In this document: in pieces, positions 17,491 through 23,765 of the stretch | Layout: every line of letters starts with the position of its first letter | Numbering within the stretch: position 1 is the first letter of the stretch | IMG/VR virus record: IMGVR_UViG_3300027689_000041 | Location: 1-34,311 of that record | Strand: one strand, 5' to 3' | Source of the DNA: a virus | Taxonomy: Duplodnaviria; Caudoviricetes | Length of the DNA stretch: 34,311 nt | Made by a program: the position numbers and the translations under genes | Notes under the pieces: generated by a model | The model's input: the letters and a program-made list of their open reading frames with translations, nothing else | Database searches by the model: none | Told to the model about the DNA's origin: nothing

Positions 17491-18696
17491 TTAGTTTGCT
17501 AATTCGGGCTGGTTTTCCAATAATACGGCTTTTTTGCCTGTGAAGTCTTCCCAGCGCTTTACGATCACATCGCAATATTTAGGGTCTAACTCCATTAGAC
17601 GGGCGTAGCGTCCATGCTTTTCAGCGGCCAGCATTGTTGTTCCGCTTCCACCAAAGGAATCCAATACAATGTCGCCGCCTTTAGTGTTGTTTAGCATTTG
17701 GTATTCAAACAGGCCAACAGGCTTCATGGTTGGGTGTTCCCCGTTGCGGCTTGGCTTATCAAACTCCAAAATGGTGGTTTGTTTACGGTCAGCCGCCCAA
17801 AGGTGTCCAGCACCTTCTTTCCAGCCATATAAACAAGGCTCATGCTTCCAATGGTAGTCTTGCCGCCCCATAACCATGCTGGACTTTTTCCAAATTAAGC
17901 ACTGGCGCACTTTCCAGCCAGCGTCTTGCGCCGCCCCGCGAAAGTTATAACCTTCTGAGTCGGCATGCCAAATATAAAACACCGCTCCAGGCTTCATAAC
18001 TAGATCTGCGGTTACATAGGCATCCCTTAAAAATTGACGGAACTGATCGTCACCCATGCTGTCGTTTTGGATTTTTAAGGCATCTTTGGTTTTGCCTTCA
18101 TAAGCTACGTTATATGGTGGATCTGTCAACCACATATCCACAAGTTGCCCATCGCACAGTTTTTCCATATCGGTCAGACTGCACGAATCCCCACACATCA
18201 ATCGATGCTTGCCAAGCTGGTAAATATCACCCGTCTTGGTGGTTGGCTCATCAGGCACATCAGGAACGGCATCCTCGTCCGTTAGCCCTTCAATTACATC
18301 TGGCTCGAGCAATGCGCTCAATTCTTTGGGGTCAAAACCCAGCATTTCCAAGGCAAATCCGTCTGCCAGCAAGTCGTTTAACTCAATGGTCAGCATTTCA
18401 TTGTCCCAACCAGCGTTTAGCGCCAGCCTGTTGTCGGCAATGATGTAGGCTTTCTTTTGTGTTTCTGTCAGTTCCGACAGTTCAATGGTGGGCACTTCTT
18501 TGTAACCCAACTTTCGGGCAGCTAATAGCCTTCCATGCCCTGCAATGATGCCGTTTGTTCCGTCAACCAGAATTGGGTTAGTCCAGCCAAACTCTTTTAT
18601 GCTTGCCGCTATTTGGGCCACCTGTTCGTCAGAGTGGGTGCGGCTGTTGTTTACATAAGGAATTAGCTCTGTGACCTTCTTTTGAGTAATTTTCAC
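17491..18696 (-). CDS. ParB-like N-terminal domain fused to N6/N4 DNA methyltransferase (beta class)
   Basis: IKEFGWTNPILVD..IIAGHGR..ADNRL (ParB/Srx); TDPPYN, HPTMKP, LDSFGGSGTT. Confidence 0.92.
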   Translation of the reverse strand: MKITQKKVTELIPYVNNSRTHSDEQVAQIAASIKEFGWTNPILVDGTNGIIAGHGRLLAARKLGYKEVPTIELSELTETQKKAYIIADNRLALNAGWDNEMLTIELNDLLADGFALEMLGFDPKELSALLEPDVIEGLTDEDAVPDVPDEPTTKTGDIYQLGKHRLMCGDSCSLTDMEKLCDGQLVDMWLTDPPYNVAYEGKTKDALKIQNDSMGDDQFRQFLRDAYVTADLVMKPGAVFYIWHADSEGYNFRGAAQDAGWKVRQCLIWKKSSMVMGRQDYHWKHEPCLYGWKEGAGHLWAADRKQTTILEFDKPSRNGEHPTMKPVGLFEYQMLNNTKGGDIVLDSFGGSGTTMLAAEKHGRYARLMELDPKYCDVIVKRWEDFTGKKAVLLENQPELAN

Positions 18697-18845
18697 TTTT
18701 TTGGCTTTGCTTTGGCTTTTTTCTCAGCTTCACGTTTAACCGCATATCCAATAGCCACCGCCTGTTTGGGTGGCTTGCCAGCAGCAATCTCTGCCTTAAT
18801 GTTGGCCTTCAGCGCCTTGGGGGTCATTGATGCAATCAGCGGCAT
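18693..18845 (-). CDS. Small basic protein (50 aa)
   Basis: My translation: MPLIASMTPKALKANIKAEIAAGKPPKQAVAIGYAVKREAEKKAKAKPKK; AAGGAG RBS; GTGA overlap with the next gene. Confidence 0.75.
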   Translation of the reverse strand: MPLIASMTPKALKANIKAEIAAGKPPKQAVAIGYAVKREAEKKAKAKPKK

Positions 18846-19005
18846 TTGCCTTCTCCTTGGATTCTTGGGCCAGTTTTTCTTGCAGGGCTTGCTTCAACTC
18901 GGTGTTTTCCCTAAAAAGGGCAGCGGCTTGCGCCATAGCGGAATCCCGCTGCCCCTCTAGCATCTCAACCAGAAGTTGTATCTCAGGGTTTGGATGCTTC
19001 AACAT
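18796..19005 (-). CDS. Hypothetical coiled-coil protein
   Basis: MLKHPNPEIQLLVEMLEGQRD...; ATG 1 nt after the upstream stop. Confidence 0.6.
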   Translation of the reverse strand: MLKHPNPEIQLLVEMLEGQRDSAMAQAAALFRENTELKQALQEKLAQESKEKANAADCINDPQGAEGQH

Positions 19006-19006
19006 C

Positions 19007-19588
19007 TTAGGCGGCGCTCGAACACATGATGTAGTAAGGCGTACCGTCTGATGCCACAACTTTCAAAGTCTTGGCAATGGTGGCAGTGCTTGTAACAAAC
19101 AAAGCCGCGGGAATGTTGAACAGGTTGGGAACCGTGCCTGTGCCGCTATTGGTGAAACGAATGAATGATGTATTCGTCCAAGTACCGCCAGATGCAAAGT
19201 TGGAATCGGCTTGAATAGCCGCCAACGTGCCGCCTGGGTTGGTGGATGTACCGCCCAAGGTAGCCCGTAAAGCATTGCCAGCGCCAGAAATAGTGCCAGC
19301 GCCATTAACGCTCAAACTCAGGTGTGCGCCATTGATCGTTCCACCAGTGGCAGCCCCTGCGCCCGTCACAACGCTAAACGCTCGGATGGTTTCACCGCTG
19401 CCAGTGCTGCTAAACGTCAAACGCTGGTAAGTCAGTCGGGTGTCGCCACTTGCGGCGCTGGTCGTGGCATATGCCCCGTTGATGATGCCGCTGGTCGTTA
19501 CAGCTACTGGGACAGTTGCATTACCAACTTGAACTGAAACGAACTCTGGGTCTGCGTAAGCTACGCCTGTTGCGATTGAATTTGCCAT
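19007..19588 (-). CDS. Hypothetical T/G/A-rich protein, probably a virion component
   Basis: 193 aa; AAGGA RBS; beta-rich composition; MANSIATGVAYADP start. Confidence 0.65.
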   Translation of the reverse strand: MANSIATGVAYADPEFVSVQVGNATVPVAVTTSGIINGAYATTSAASGDTRLTYQRLTFSSTGSGETIRAFSVVTGAGAATGGTINGAHLSLSVNGAGTISGAGNALRATLGGTSTNPGGTLAAIQADSNFASGGTWTNTSFIRFTNSGTGTVPNLFNIPAALFVTSTATIAKTLKVVASDGTPYYIMCSSAA

Positions 19589-19616
19589 GATATTTCCTTT
19601 ATTTCTTCCAAAAGGG

Positions 19617-19889
19617 TTAACAATTCCAGTTTTTTAGACTGGCCTTAGCCCGTTCTGCTGGGCCTTTAGAGTGTTTTACCACCCCCTCCATCCTAGCGCA
19701 AAAACTGGCTTTTCGTCCAGCATCTGCCTTGGTCTTGGGGTTTGGGGCTGGTGGCTTTAAGTTTGAATTGTTCTTTGCGTTGTATTCTGCACGCCCTTTA
19801 GCGGTCATTCCTGCACCCTTTTCTGTTGGGTTATAGGTTTTGCCCTTGCCCGTGGTCTTGTGAGGGATTGGCTTATCGTGCTTTTTCAT
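19617..19889 (-). CDS. Basic phage protein (DUF6321-like)
   Basis: GMTAKGR..YN, RKASFCARM, terminal WNC. Confidence 0.7.
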   Translation of the reverse strand: MKKHDKPIPHKTTGKGKTYNPTEKGAGMTAKGRAEYNAKNNSNLKPPAPNPKTKADAGRKASFCARMEGVVKHSKGPAERAKASLKNWNC

Positions 19890-20086
19890 GTTGATTCCAA
19901 TTTTTCTTTCAAAATTTTAATTTCAGCACGCAATTCAGCATTAATTTTGCCTTCTTCAATGCCTTTTCTGATCAGTTCGCTGGTAACTTGGGCATCACGA
20001 TGCTCAAATTCGCTATAAAGCATATTAGTTCTAGCAAGAAACTCAATCTTTTCATTGAGGCGCTGAATTTCTTGATCTCGATTCAT
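19886..20086 (-). CDS. Hypothetical coiled-coil protein
   Basis: 66 aa; ATGA overlaps at both ends; AT-rich. Confidence 0.6.
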   Translation of the reverse strand: MNRDQEIQRLNEKIEFLARTNMLYSEFEHRDAQVTSELIRKGIEEGKINAELRAEIKILKEKLEST

Positions 20087-20244
20087 TTTTTTGCCGTTTT
20101 TGCAGATTCTTTGAATGCTTTAGCAGTTGGTGCACCCTTTGCGCCAGGCGACCTCATGCGCTCGGGCGTTTTACCCGCCGCCTTTTGGCGTTCTATGCGT
20201 TCTTGTTTAGCGTGAATGTTGGCATAAAGCCCAGGTTTTGCCAT
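20083..20244 (-). CDS. Small basic protein (53 aa)
   Basis: MAKPGLYANIHAKQERI...KGAPTAKAFKESAKTAKK; GGAGG RBS before ATG 20244. Confidence 0.75.
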   Translation of the reverse strand: MAKPGLYANIHAKQERIERQKAAGKTPERMRSPGAKGAPTAKAFKESAKTAKK

Positions 20245-20246
20245 TT

Positions 20247-20504
20247 TTAAGCCTCCACAACGGCGCAAATGTCCGCTTCTTGAATGATTTGATAGTCCTG
20301 ACCATCAATCTTGTGGGTGGGCCATTTCAGATAGTCCCCATTCCCATATTTGATGAAGTCACCCACTTGGACACCCTCAACATCTGAACCAATTGCAACA
20401 ATCGTCCCCTCGTTAAAGGGTTCTCGGTTATCAATGTAAATGATGTCGGAAATGTGCCGCACCTGGGGGCGCACAACCACCCGATCACGCAGAGGCTTTA
20501 GCAT
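20247..20504 (-). CDS. groES: GroES/Cpn10-like co-chaperonin
   Basis: LKPLRDRVVV, GTIVAIG, VQVGD, IDGQDYQIIQEADICAVV match the Cpn10 pattern. Confidence 0.85.
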   Translation of the reverse strand: MLKPLRDRVVVRPQVRHISDIIYIDNREPFNEGTIVAIGSDVEGVQVGDFIKYGNGDYLKWPTHKIDGQDYQIIQEADICAVVEA

Positions 20505-20736
20505 GGCTTTTCCTCTCGTATTTGCGCTTTGGGGGCGTGATTTGATCAGTGGTTATGTCGTACACAGGCAAGGCGACTAAATCAACCTTTACATCCTGAG
20601 TTTCAACAATCAGATGCTGACCGCACCAATCTTTTTCGTGCTTGTTAACCTGTTGCGGGTTTAACCGACAGATGCCCATGATTTGCTGGGGGCGGTAATA
20701 TTTACAGTTCCCGCAATTAGAATCCATTTCAGCCAT
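20485..20736 (-). CDS. Small 4-Cys metal-binding protein (HiPIP-like spacing)
   Basis: CGNCKYY-x8-C-x12-WCG; GGAGG RBS. Confidence 0.6.
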   Translation of the reverse strand: MAEMDSNCGNCKYYRPQQIMGICRLNPQQVNKHEKDWCGQHLIVETQDVKVDLVALPVYDITTDQITPPKRKYERKSHAKASA

Positions 20737-20762
20737 TCAAAACCTCCTTTTTTGTTTGGTCA

Positions 20763-20797
20763 GTAAGCCCTGCCGTCTTATTCACGGTGGGGCTTAC
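20763..20797. other. Intergenic 14-bp hairpin
   Basis: GTAAGCCCTGCCGT-N7-ACGGTGGGGCTTAC. Confidence 0.75.
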
Positions 20798-20800
20798 GCA

Positions 20801-21007
20801 TTATTGGCAAGACTTGCGATTGTGAGTGTAGCAAACACCACTTGATTTGCCGCCAGTGCATTCATTGCCACCAGACATTTTGTTTGTCATGGCATTGGGG
20901 ATGTTGTTTTTTACGCTGCCGTTTGACTTCATGTCAGGCGCAGGGTTGCCCTTTATGGAGACTTGTGCGCCGTAGCCTTTGGGTTCGTTTTTCATCATAT
21001 TTGCCAT
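20801..21007 (-). CDS. Small hypothetical protein
   Basis: 68 aa; GAGG RBS; K/G/N-rich with C-terminal C..C.H...C. Confidence 0.65.
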   Translation of the reverse strand: MANMMKNEPKGYGAQVSIKGNPAPDMKSNGSVKNNIPNAMTNKMSGGNECTGGKSSGVCYTHNRKSCQ

Positions 21008-21014
21008 GATTTCC

Positions 21015-21380
21015 TCATTTCAGAGTTAAAAGATACAGGGTTGAATTGATCAGATCAGCAATTTCATCAACGATGTTTTGCAATTCTGAGTCTTGGGGGA
21101 TTTCTTCTCGCGCTTCTTGCACAAACCCTTTTAGCTGGGTCAGATACTCATGCGGTGTGTCTTTGGGGTCGTGCAATTCATCAGGAAATTTCTTCATCCT
21201 GGTGTCGTAGCGCCCTTGGTAACTCTCTGCCAGACTGTCGGCAAGGTCTACGATCTTGGGGTAAAACTTGCCCAGCGCCTTATGGGTCGCGTATTCAGTT
21301 GTCTGCAAATGTTGGAAGTGCGTGATTGTTCCCGCATGAAACAGCGTGGCGACAAATTCAGCAACTTCTTCGTTTTTCAT
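21015..21380 (-). CDS. Ferritin/Dps-like four-helix protein (DUF5856-like)
   Basis: H..HLQT..YA.HKAL..FY....DLAD.LAESYQG...ELQNIVDEI......TLYLL. Confidence 0.75.
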   Translation of the reverse strand: MKNEEVAEFVATLFHAGTITHFQHLQTTEYATHKALGKFYPKIVDLADSLAESYQGRYDTRMKKFPDELHDPKDTPHEYLTQLKGFVQEAREEIPQDSELQNIVDEIADLINSTLYLLTLK

Positions 21381-21395
21381 GCGCTCACTATATCA
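21381..21395 (-). promoter_or_regulatory. Extended -10 promoter for a leaderless late transcript
   Basis: TGA-TATAGT-GAGCGC-ATG(21380); no Shine-Dalgarno. Confidence 0.55.
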
Positions 21396-21415
21396 AAAAA
21401 AGGGGGCGAACCCCC
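21395..21415 (-). terminator. Rho-independent terminator closing the replication/nin transcript
   Basis: GGGGG-TTCG-CCCCC-TTTTTTT on the minus strand. Confidence 0.85.
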
Positions 21416-21433
21416 AAAATGCTGGCAACTGCT

Positions 21434-21531
21434 ACCAACACGGCTGGGGATTGGGTTTTCTAAAGATAACTCCGTCGAGTTGCCCACGGCTCGGGGCTTT
21501 GAGCCGTCTTCCAATCCCCATGCGTGTTGGT
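21434..21531 (-). ncRNA. Putative structured RNA unit B (98 nt, three-way junction on a 21-nt stem)
   Basis: ACCAACACGCATGGGGATTGG pairs with CCAATCCCCAGCCGTGTTGGT (2x2 internal loop); inner hairpins ACGGCTC/GAGCCGT and GGCAACTC/GAGTTATC. Confidence 0.6.
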
Positions 21532-21590
21532 TGTTGGTGGCTACTGGGCCAGTCAATTCACCACCGCAATCTGCAATGGAACCACCAACA
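21532..21590 (-). ncRNA. Putative structured RNA unit A (59 nt, three-way junction)
   Basis: TGTTGGTGGTT/AGCCACCAACA outer stem; inner CCATTGCA/TGCGGTGG and ACTG/CAGT; G-U pairs work only on the minus strand. Confidence 0.55.
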
Positions 21591-21591
21591 T

Positions 21592-21909
21592 TTAGATTTT
21601 CGCATTAGGCAAAGGAATGTCAATAGGCCAGCAGTTCCGCAAGGCATTAATTGTCCTGTGATGGGCCTTTAACCACATTTCTTGGCGTTCCTGGCGGCTC
21701 AAATCCTTGCCTTGGTCGATGGCGTAGTGACACCCCAAGCACAGCGCAGCTACCAGATTGTCATCAGCTTTGACCCCTCGGCCCTTGCCGCCGCCCCAGT
21801 TTGTGTGAGCCGCTTGCACCATATTGCCACTTCCACAGGCTTGACAGTCAAGGCTTGCCACCAGTTTCAGCAGCTTTTTTGACCTGACGTATGAATGTTT
21901 TTCTATCAA
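21592..21909 (-). CDS. Zn-binding HNH-like nuclease (DUF1364/YbcO/Ref-like nin protein)
   Basis: CQACG..QAAH..KADD..ALCLGCH..ID; TTG start at 21909 inferred from the GGAG RBS. Confidence 0.7.
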   Translation of the reverse strand: MIEKHSYVRSKKLLKLVASLDCQACGSGNMVQAAHTNWGGGKGRGVKADDNLVAALCLGCHYAIDQGKDLSRQERQEMWLKAHHRTINALRNCWPIDIPLPNAKI

Positions 21910-22033
21910 CGATTGTCTCCAATGTGGAAAACCTGTGGAAATTTGCACACTCTAGTCGCCTTCTTCTTGTGTTGCCTGTGGATATTCTAGATTCTTTAAC
22001 GATTGTCCATGTTCCGCATTCTGGACATTTCAT
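21848..22033 (-). CDS. Zinc-ribbon protein (NrdR-N / Ogr-Delta-like), possible late regulator
   Basis: MKCPECG..V.ESR..RRRLECANFHRFSTLE. Confidence 0.7.
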   Translation of the reverse strand: MKCPECGTWTIVKESRISTGNTRRRRLECANFHRFSTLETIVDRKTFIRQVKKAAETGGKP

Positions 22034-22359
22034 TGGTGCGCCCGATCTTGTAATCTGTTAGTTGCTTCTCTGGTTCTAAATATCTCAATGTCTAGCCTTG
22101 CCGCCTCAATTTCCCAGCGCAAGGTTTCTTCCTGTGCTATTGCCGCCGCCAGCCCTTTCAGCAGGGTGTGATATTCGGGGTCTGCATAGGCTTCCCTCTC
22201 CTGGGCGTTTGCCGCCTCGTAGCCCATTTGCAAGGCATCTTTCATCAAAAGGGCTTTTTTAGACTTGCGGAATTCTTCAAGGTAAACCCGCTGGGCTTTG
22301 GCATCGCCATAGGCTCGGGCTTTGTTGCGTATGTCTTGCGCTGCTTCTTCTGGTTTCAT
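22030..22359 (-). CDS. Hypothetical helical phage protein
   Basis: 109 aa; ATGA-coupled; AQEREAYADPEY motif. Confidence 0.7.
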   Translation of the reverse strand: MKPEEAAQDIRNKARAYGDAKAQRVYLEEFRKSKKALLMKDALQMGYEAANAQEREAYADPEYHTLLKGLAAAIAQEETLRWEIEAARLDIEIFRTREATNRLQDRAHQ

Positions 22360-22622
22360 TTCAAAACTCCAATCATGCGTAAAGCCCCATCAGGTCCATC
22401 AATCCTTGCTAAGGTACTACCAGACCAATTCTTAAAAAAATCGTCTTGTAGGGCCGTTAAACGCCTTTTAGAACCATTCTTGACCTCGACCAGAAAGGTG
22501 TGCCCCTTGTATCCCACCAAAAGGTCAACTGGTATGCCAATGACCCAGACATAAGCGCCAGCGGCCTCTAATGCTGTGATGATTTGCTTTTGGTTGGCAT
22601 CAACCCTGGCGGCATATCTCAT
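22356..22622 (-). CDS. VRR-NUC-like PD-(D/E)XK endonuclease (possible resolvase)
   Basis: RVDANQ..I, PVDLLVGY, LVEVK, LT..Q..F...W. Confidence 0.8.
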   Translation of the reverse strand: MRYAARVDANQKQIITALEAAGAYVWVIGIPVDLLVGYKGHTFLVEVKNGSKRRLTALQDDFFKNWSGSTLARIDGPDGALRMIGVLK

Positions 22623-22729
22623 TTTTTGATTCCAAACCAGCGCCGACCAATCTGGATGCCAATGCCGTATCTTGGGAAAAACAAGACACCAAAGCCAACG
22701 CTGTGCATTTTTTGTACATCAATTTTCAT
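22619..22729 (-). CDS. 36-aa hypothetical peptide
   Basis: My translation: MKIDVQKMHSVGFGVLFFPRYGIGIQIGRRWFGIKK; fills the gap with ATGA overlaps at both ends. Confidence 0.6.
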   Translation of the reverse strand: MKIDVQKMHSVGFGVLFFPRYGIGIQIGRRWFGIKK

Positions 22730-22929
22730 TTTGACCTTTCTTGGTTCATTCGGTTTCTGAGGTCGTTGGCAGCGGGTTCACCCCTGCGCCTTGCAATGTC
22801 GGCAATCGTGGTCTGCCACCAAGCTGATGCCTTGGCCTTGCCCAGTTCCTTGATCTTCTGGTTGTATCTCAAAATCCATTCACGGCTTTCGCAATCTTTT
22901 AAATGCTCAATTTGTTGCTGTCTATCCAT
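22726..22929 (-). CDS. Hypothetical protein
   Basis: 67 aa; CESREW...IARRRG..AA..LR. Confidence 0.65.
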   Translation of the reverse strand: MDRQQQIEHLKDCESREWILRYNQKIKELGKAKASAWWQTTIADIARRRGEPAANDLRNRMNQERSK

Positions 22930-23402
22930 GCAAATTCACCATAAATTTCTTTTGCTTTTTGACAGTAAGCAAAATGAGCATCATTTGGATTTTCAAAATA
23001 CCCAAGATGAAAACTTTTGCCATTGACTTTGATGTTTGCTTTATATTTTTTCCCATCAAGACAAACCCCTTTTAAACCCAATTTGTTTTTTTTAATTGCT
23101 TTTTTGTTAACATTATTTTGTGTGACTGTTGCTGGTCTTAAATTTTCAATTGCATTGTTATTTTTATTTCCATCAATGTGATCAAGAAATGCGGGGCAAT
23201 CTCCATGATGAAATTGCCAGACCAAACGATGTACACGGTATCTCACACCAAAAACATTGGTTGCCCAATAACCATTTTTCTCAACCCAACCAACTGGTTT
23301 ATTTGCTTTGCCTCTAGACCGACTTTTTTTGTGTGACAAAACACCATTTTCATAAAAAAATAGTTCTCGCAATAATTCTTTATTCGGCAATTGTTTGATC
23401 AT
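22899..23402 (-). CDS. HNH endonuclease with C-terminal AP2 domain (free-standing homing endonuclease)
   Basis: HRLVW..DHIDGNKNNNAIENLR; KGV..YKANI.VNGK..HLGYF..A..AY; GGAGG before ATG 23402; AT-rich. Confidence 0.9.
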   Translation of the reverse strand: MIKQLPNKELLRELFFYENGVLSHKKSRSRGKANKPVGWVEKNGYWATNVFGVRYRVHRLVWQFHHGDCPAFLDHIDGNKNNNAIENLRPATVTQNNVNKKAIKKNKLGLKGVCLDGKKYKANIKVNGKSFHLGYFENPNDAHFAYCQKAKEIYGEFAWIDSNKLSI

Positions 23403-23535
23403 TTTTATCCTCCAATTCCTGGCCTCGCTCTGGCGCATCTCCTGTAAGGAAAAGCGCATAGTCAATCGCGGTTCGGCTGATGGTTTGTCCATCTTTAACC
23501 CTGTCTAAAAGTTTGTGCGCGTCAAAGTAGTTCAT
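23380..23535 (-). CDS. 51-aa hypothetical protein
   Basis: My translation: MNYFDAHKLLDRVKDGQTISRTAIDYALFLTGDAPERGQELEDKNDQTIAE; TGATG coupling to the upstream gene. Confidence 0.65.
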   Translation of the reverse strand: MNYFDAHKLLDRVKDGQTISRTAIDYALFLTGDAPERGQELEDKNDQTIAE

Positions 23536-23765
23536 CAAAATGCCTCGTCATCCATCCAATGTTTCACGGGCTTGGTGCTGGGCAACAGGGCGGGAATGTC
23601 CCGCCTAGTAGCTGGCTTCTTGTCCGACCATTGATGCTCGGAACACATTGGGCGCTGGCCTTCCATGTGAATTGACCAACGTTTAGGGCATCCTGGCACA
23701 CTGCACATCAGGCGCTGAACATCGTCTAACGGGTCTTTTTTGGTGTCTGGTTTGGCAAAACTCAT
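23535..23765 (-). CDS. Small Zn-finger-like protein after the initiator
   Basis: CSVPGC-x13-CSEH; ATGA overlap with the initiator stop. Confidence 0.65.
   Translation of the reverse strand: MSFAKPDTKKDPLDDVQRLMCSVPGCPKRWSIHMEGQRPMCSEHQWSDKKPATRRDIPALLPSTKPVKHWMDDEAF

Noticed and set aside
17491-18696. Plasmid-prophage partition system inferred from the ParB domain
   Set aside because: The ParB domain is fused to an MTase, and no ParA or parS array is visible
21395-21590. tRNA gene or CRISPR mini-array
   Set aside because: No cloverleaf with D and T-loop consensus (the GGTTCG is the terminator loop); the repeats are inverted stems, not direct repeats with spacers
21150-21672. Plus-strand ORFs 21150..21608 and 21346..21672 across the RNA cassette
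   Set aside because: Antisense to the operon, no convincing RBS, no recognisable protein features
23403-23492. N-terminal extension of the HNH ORF given in the track
   Set aside because: It overlaps a better 51-aa gene in another frame; the GGAGG RBS supports ATG 23402
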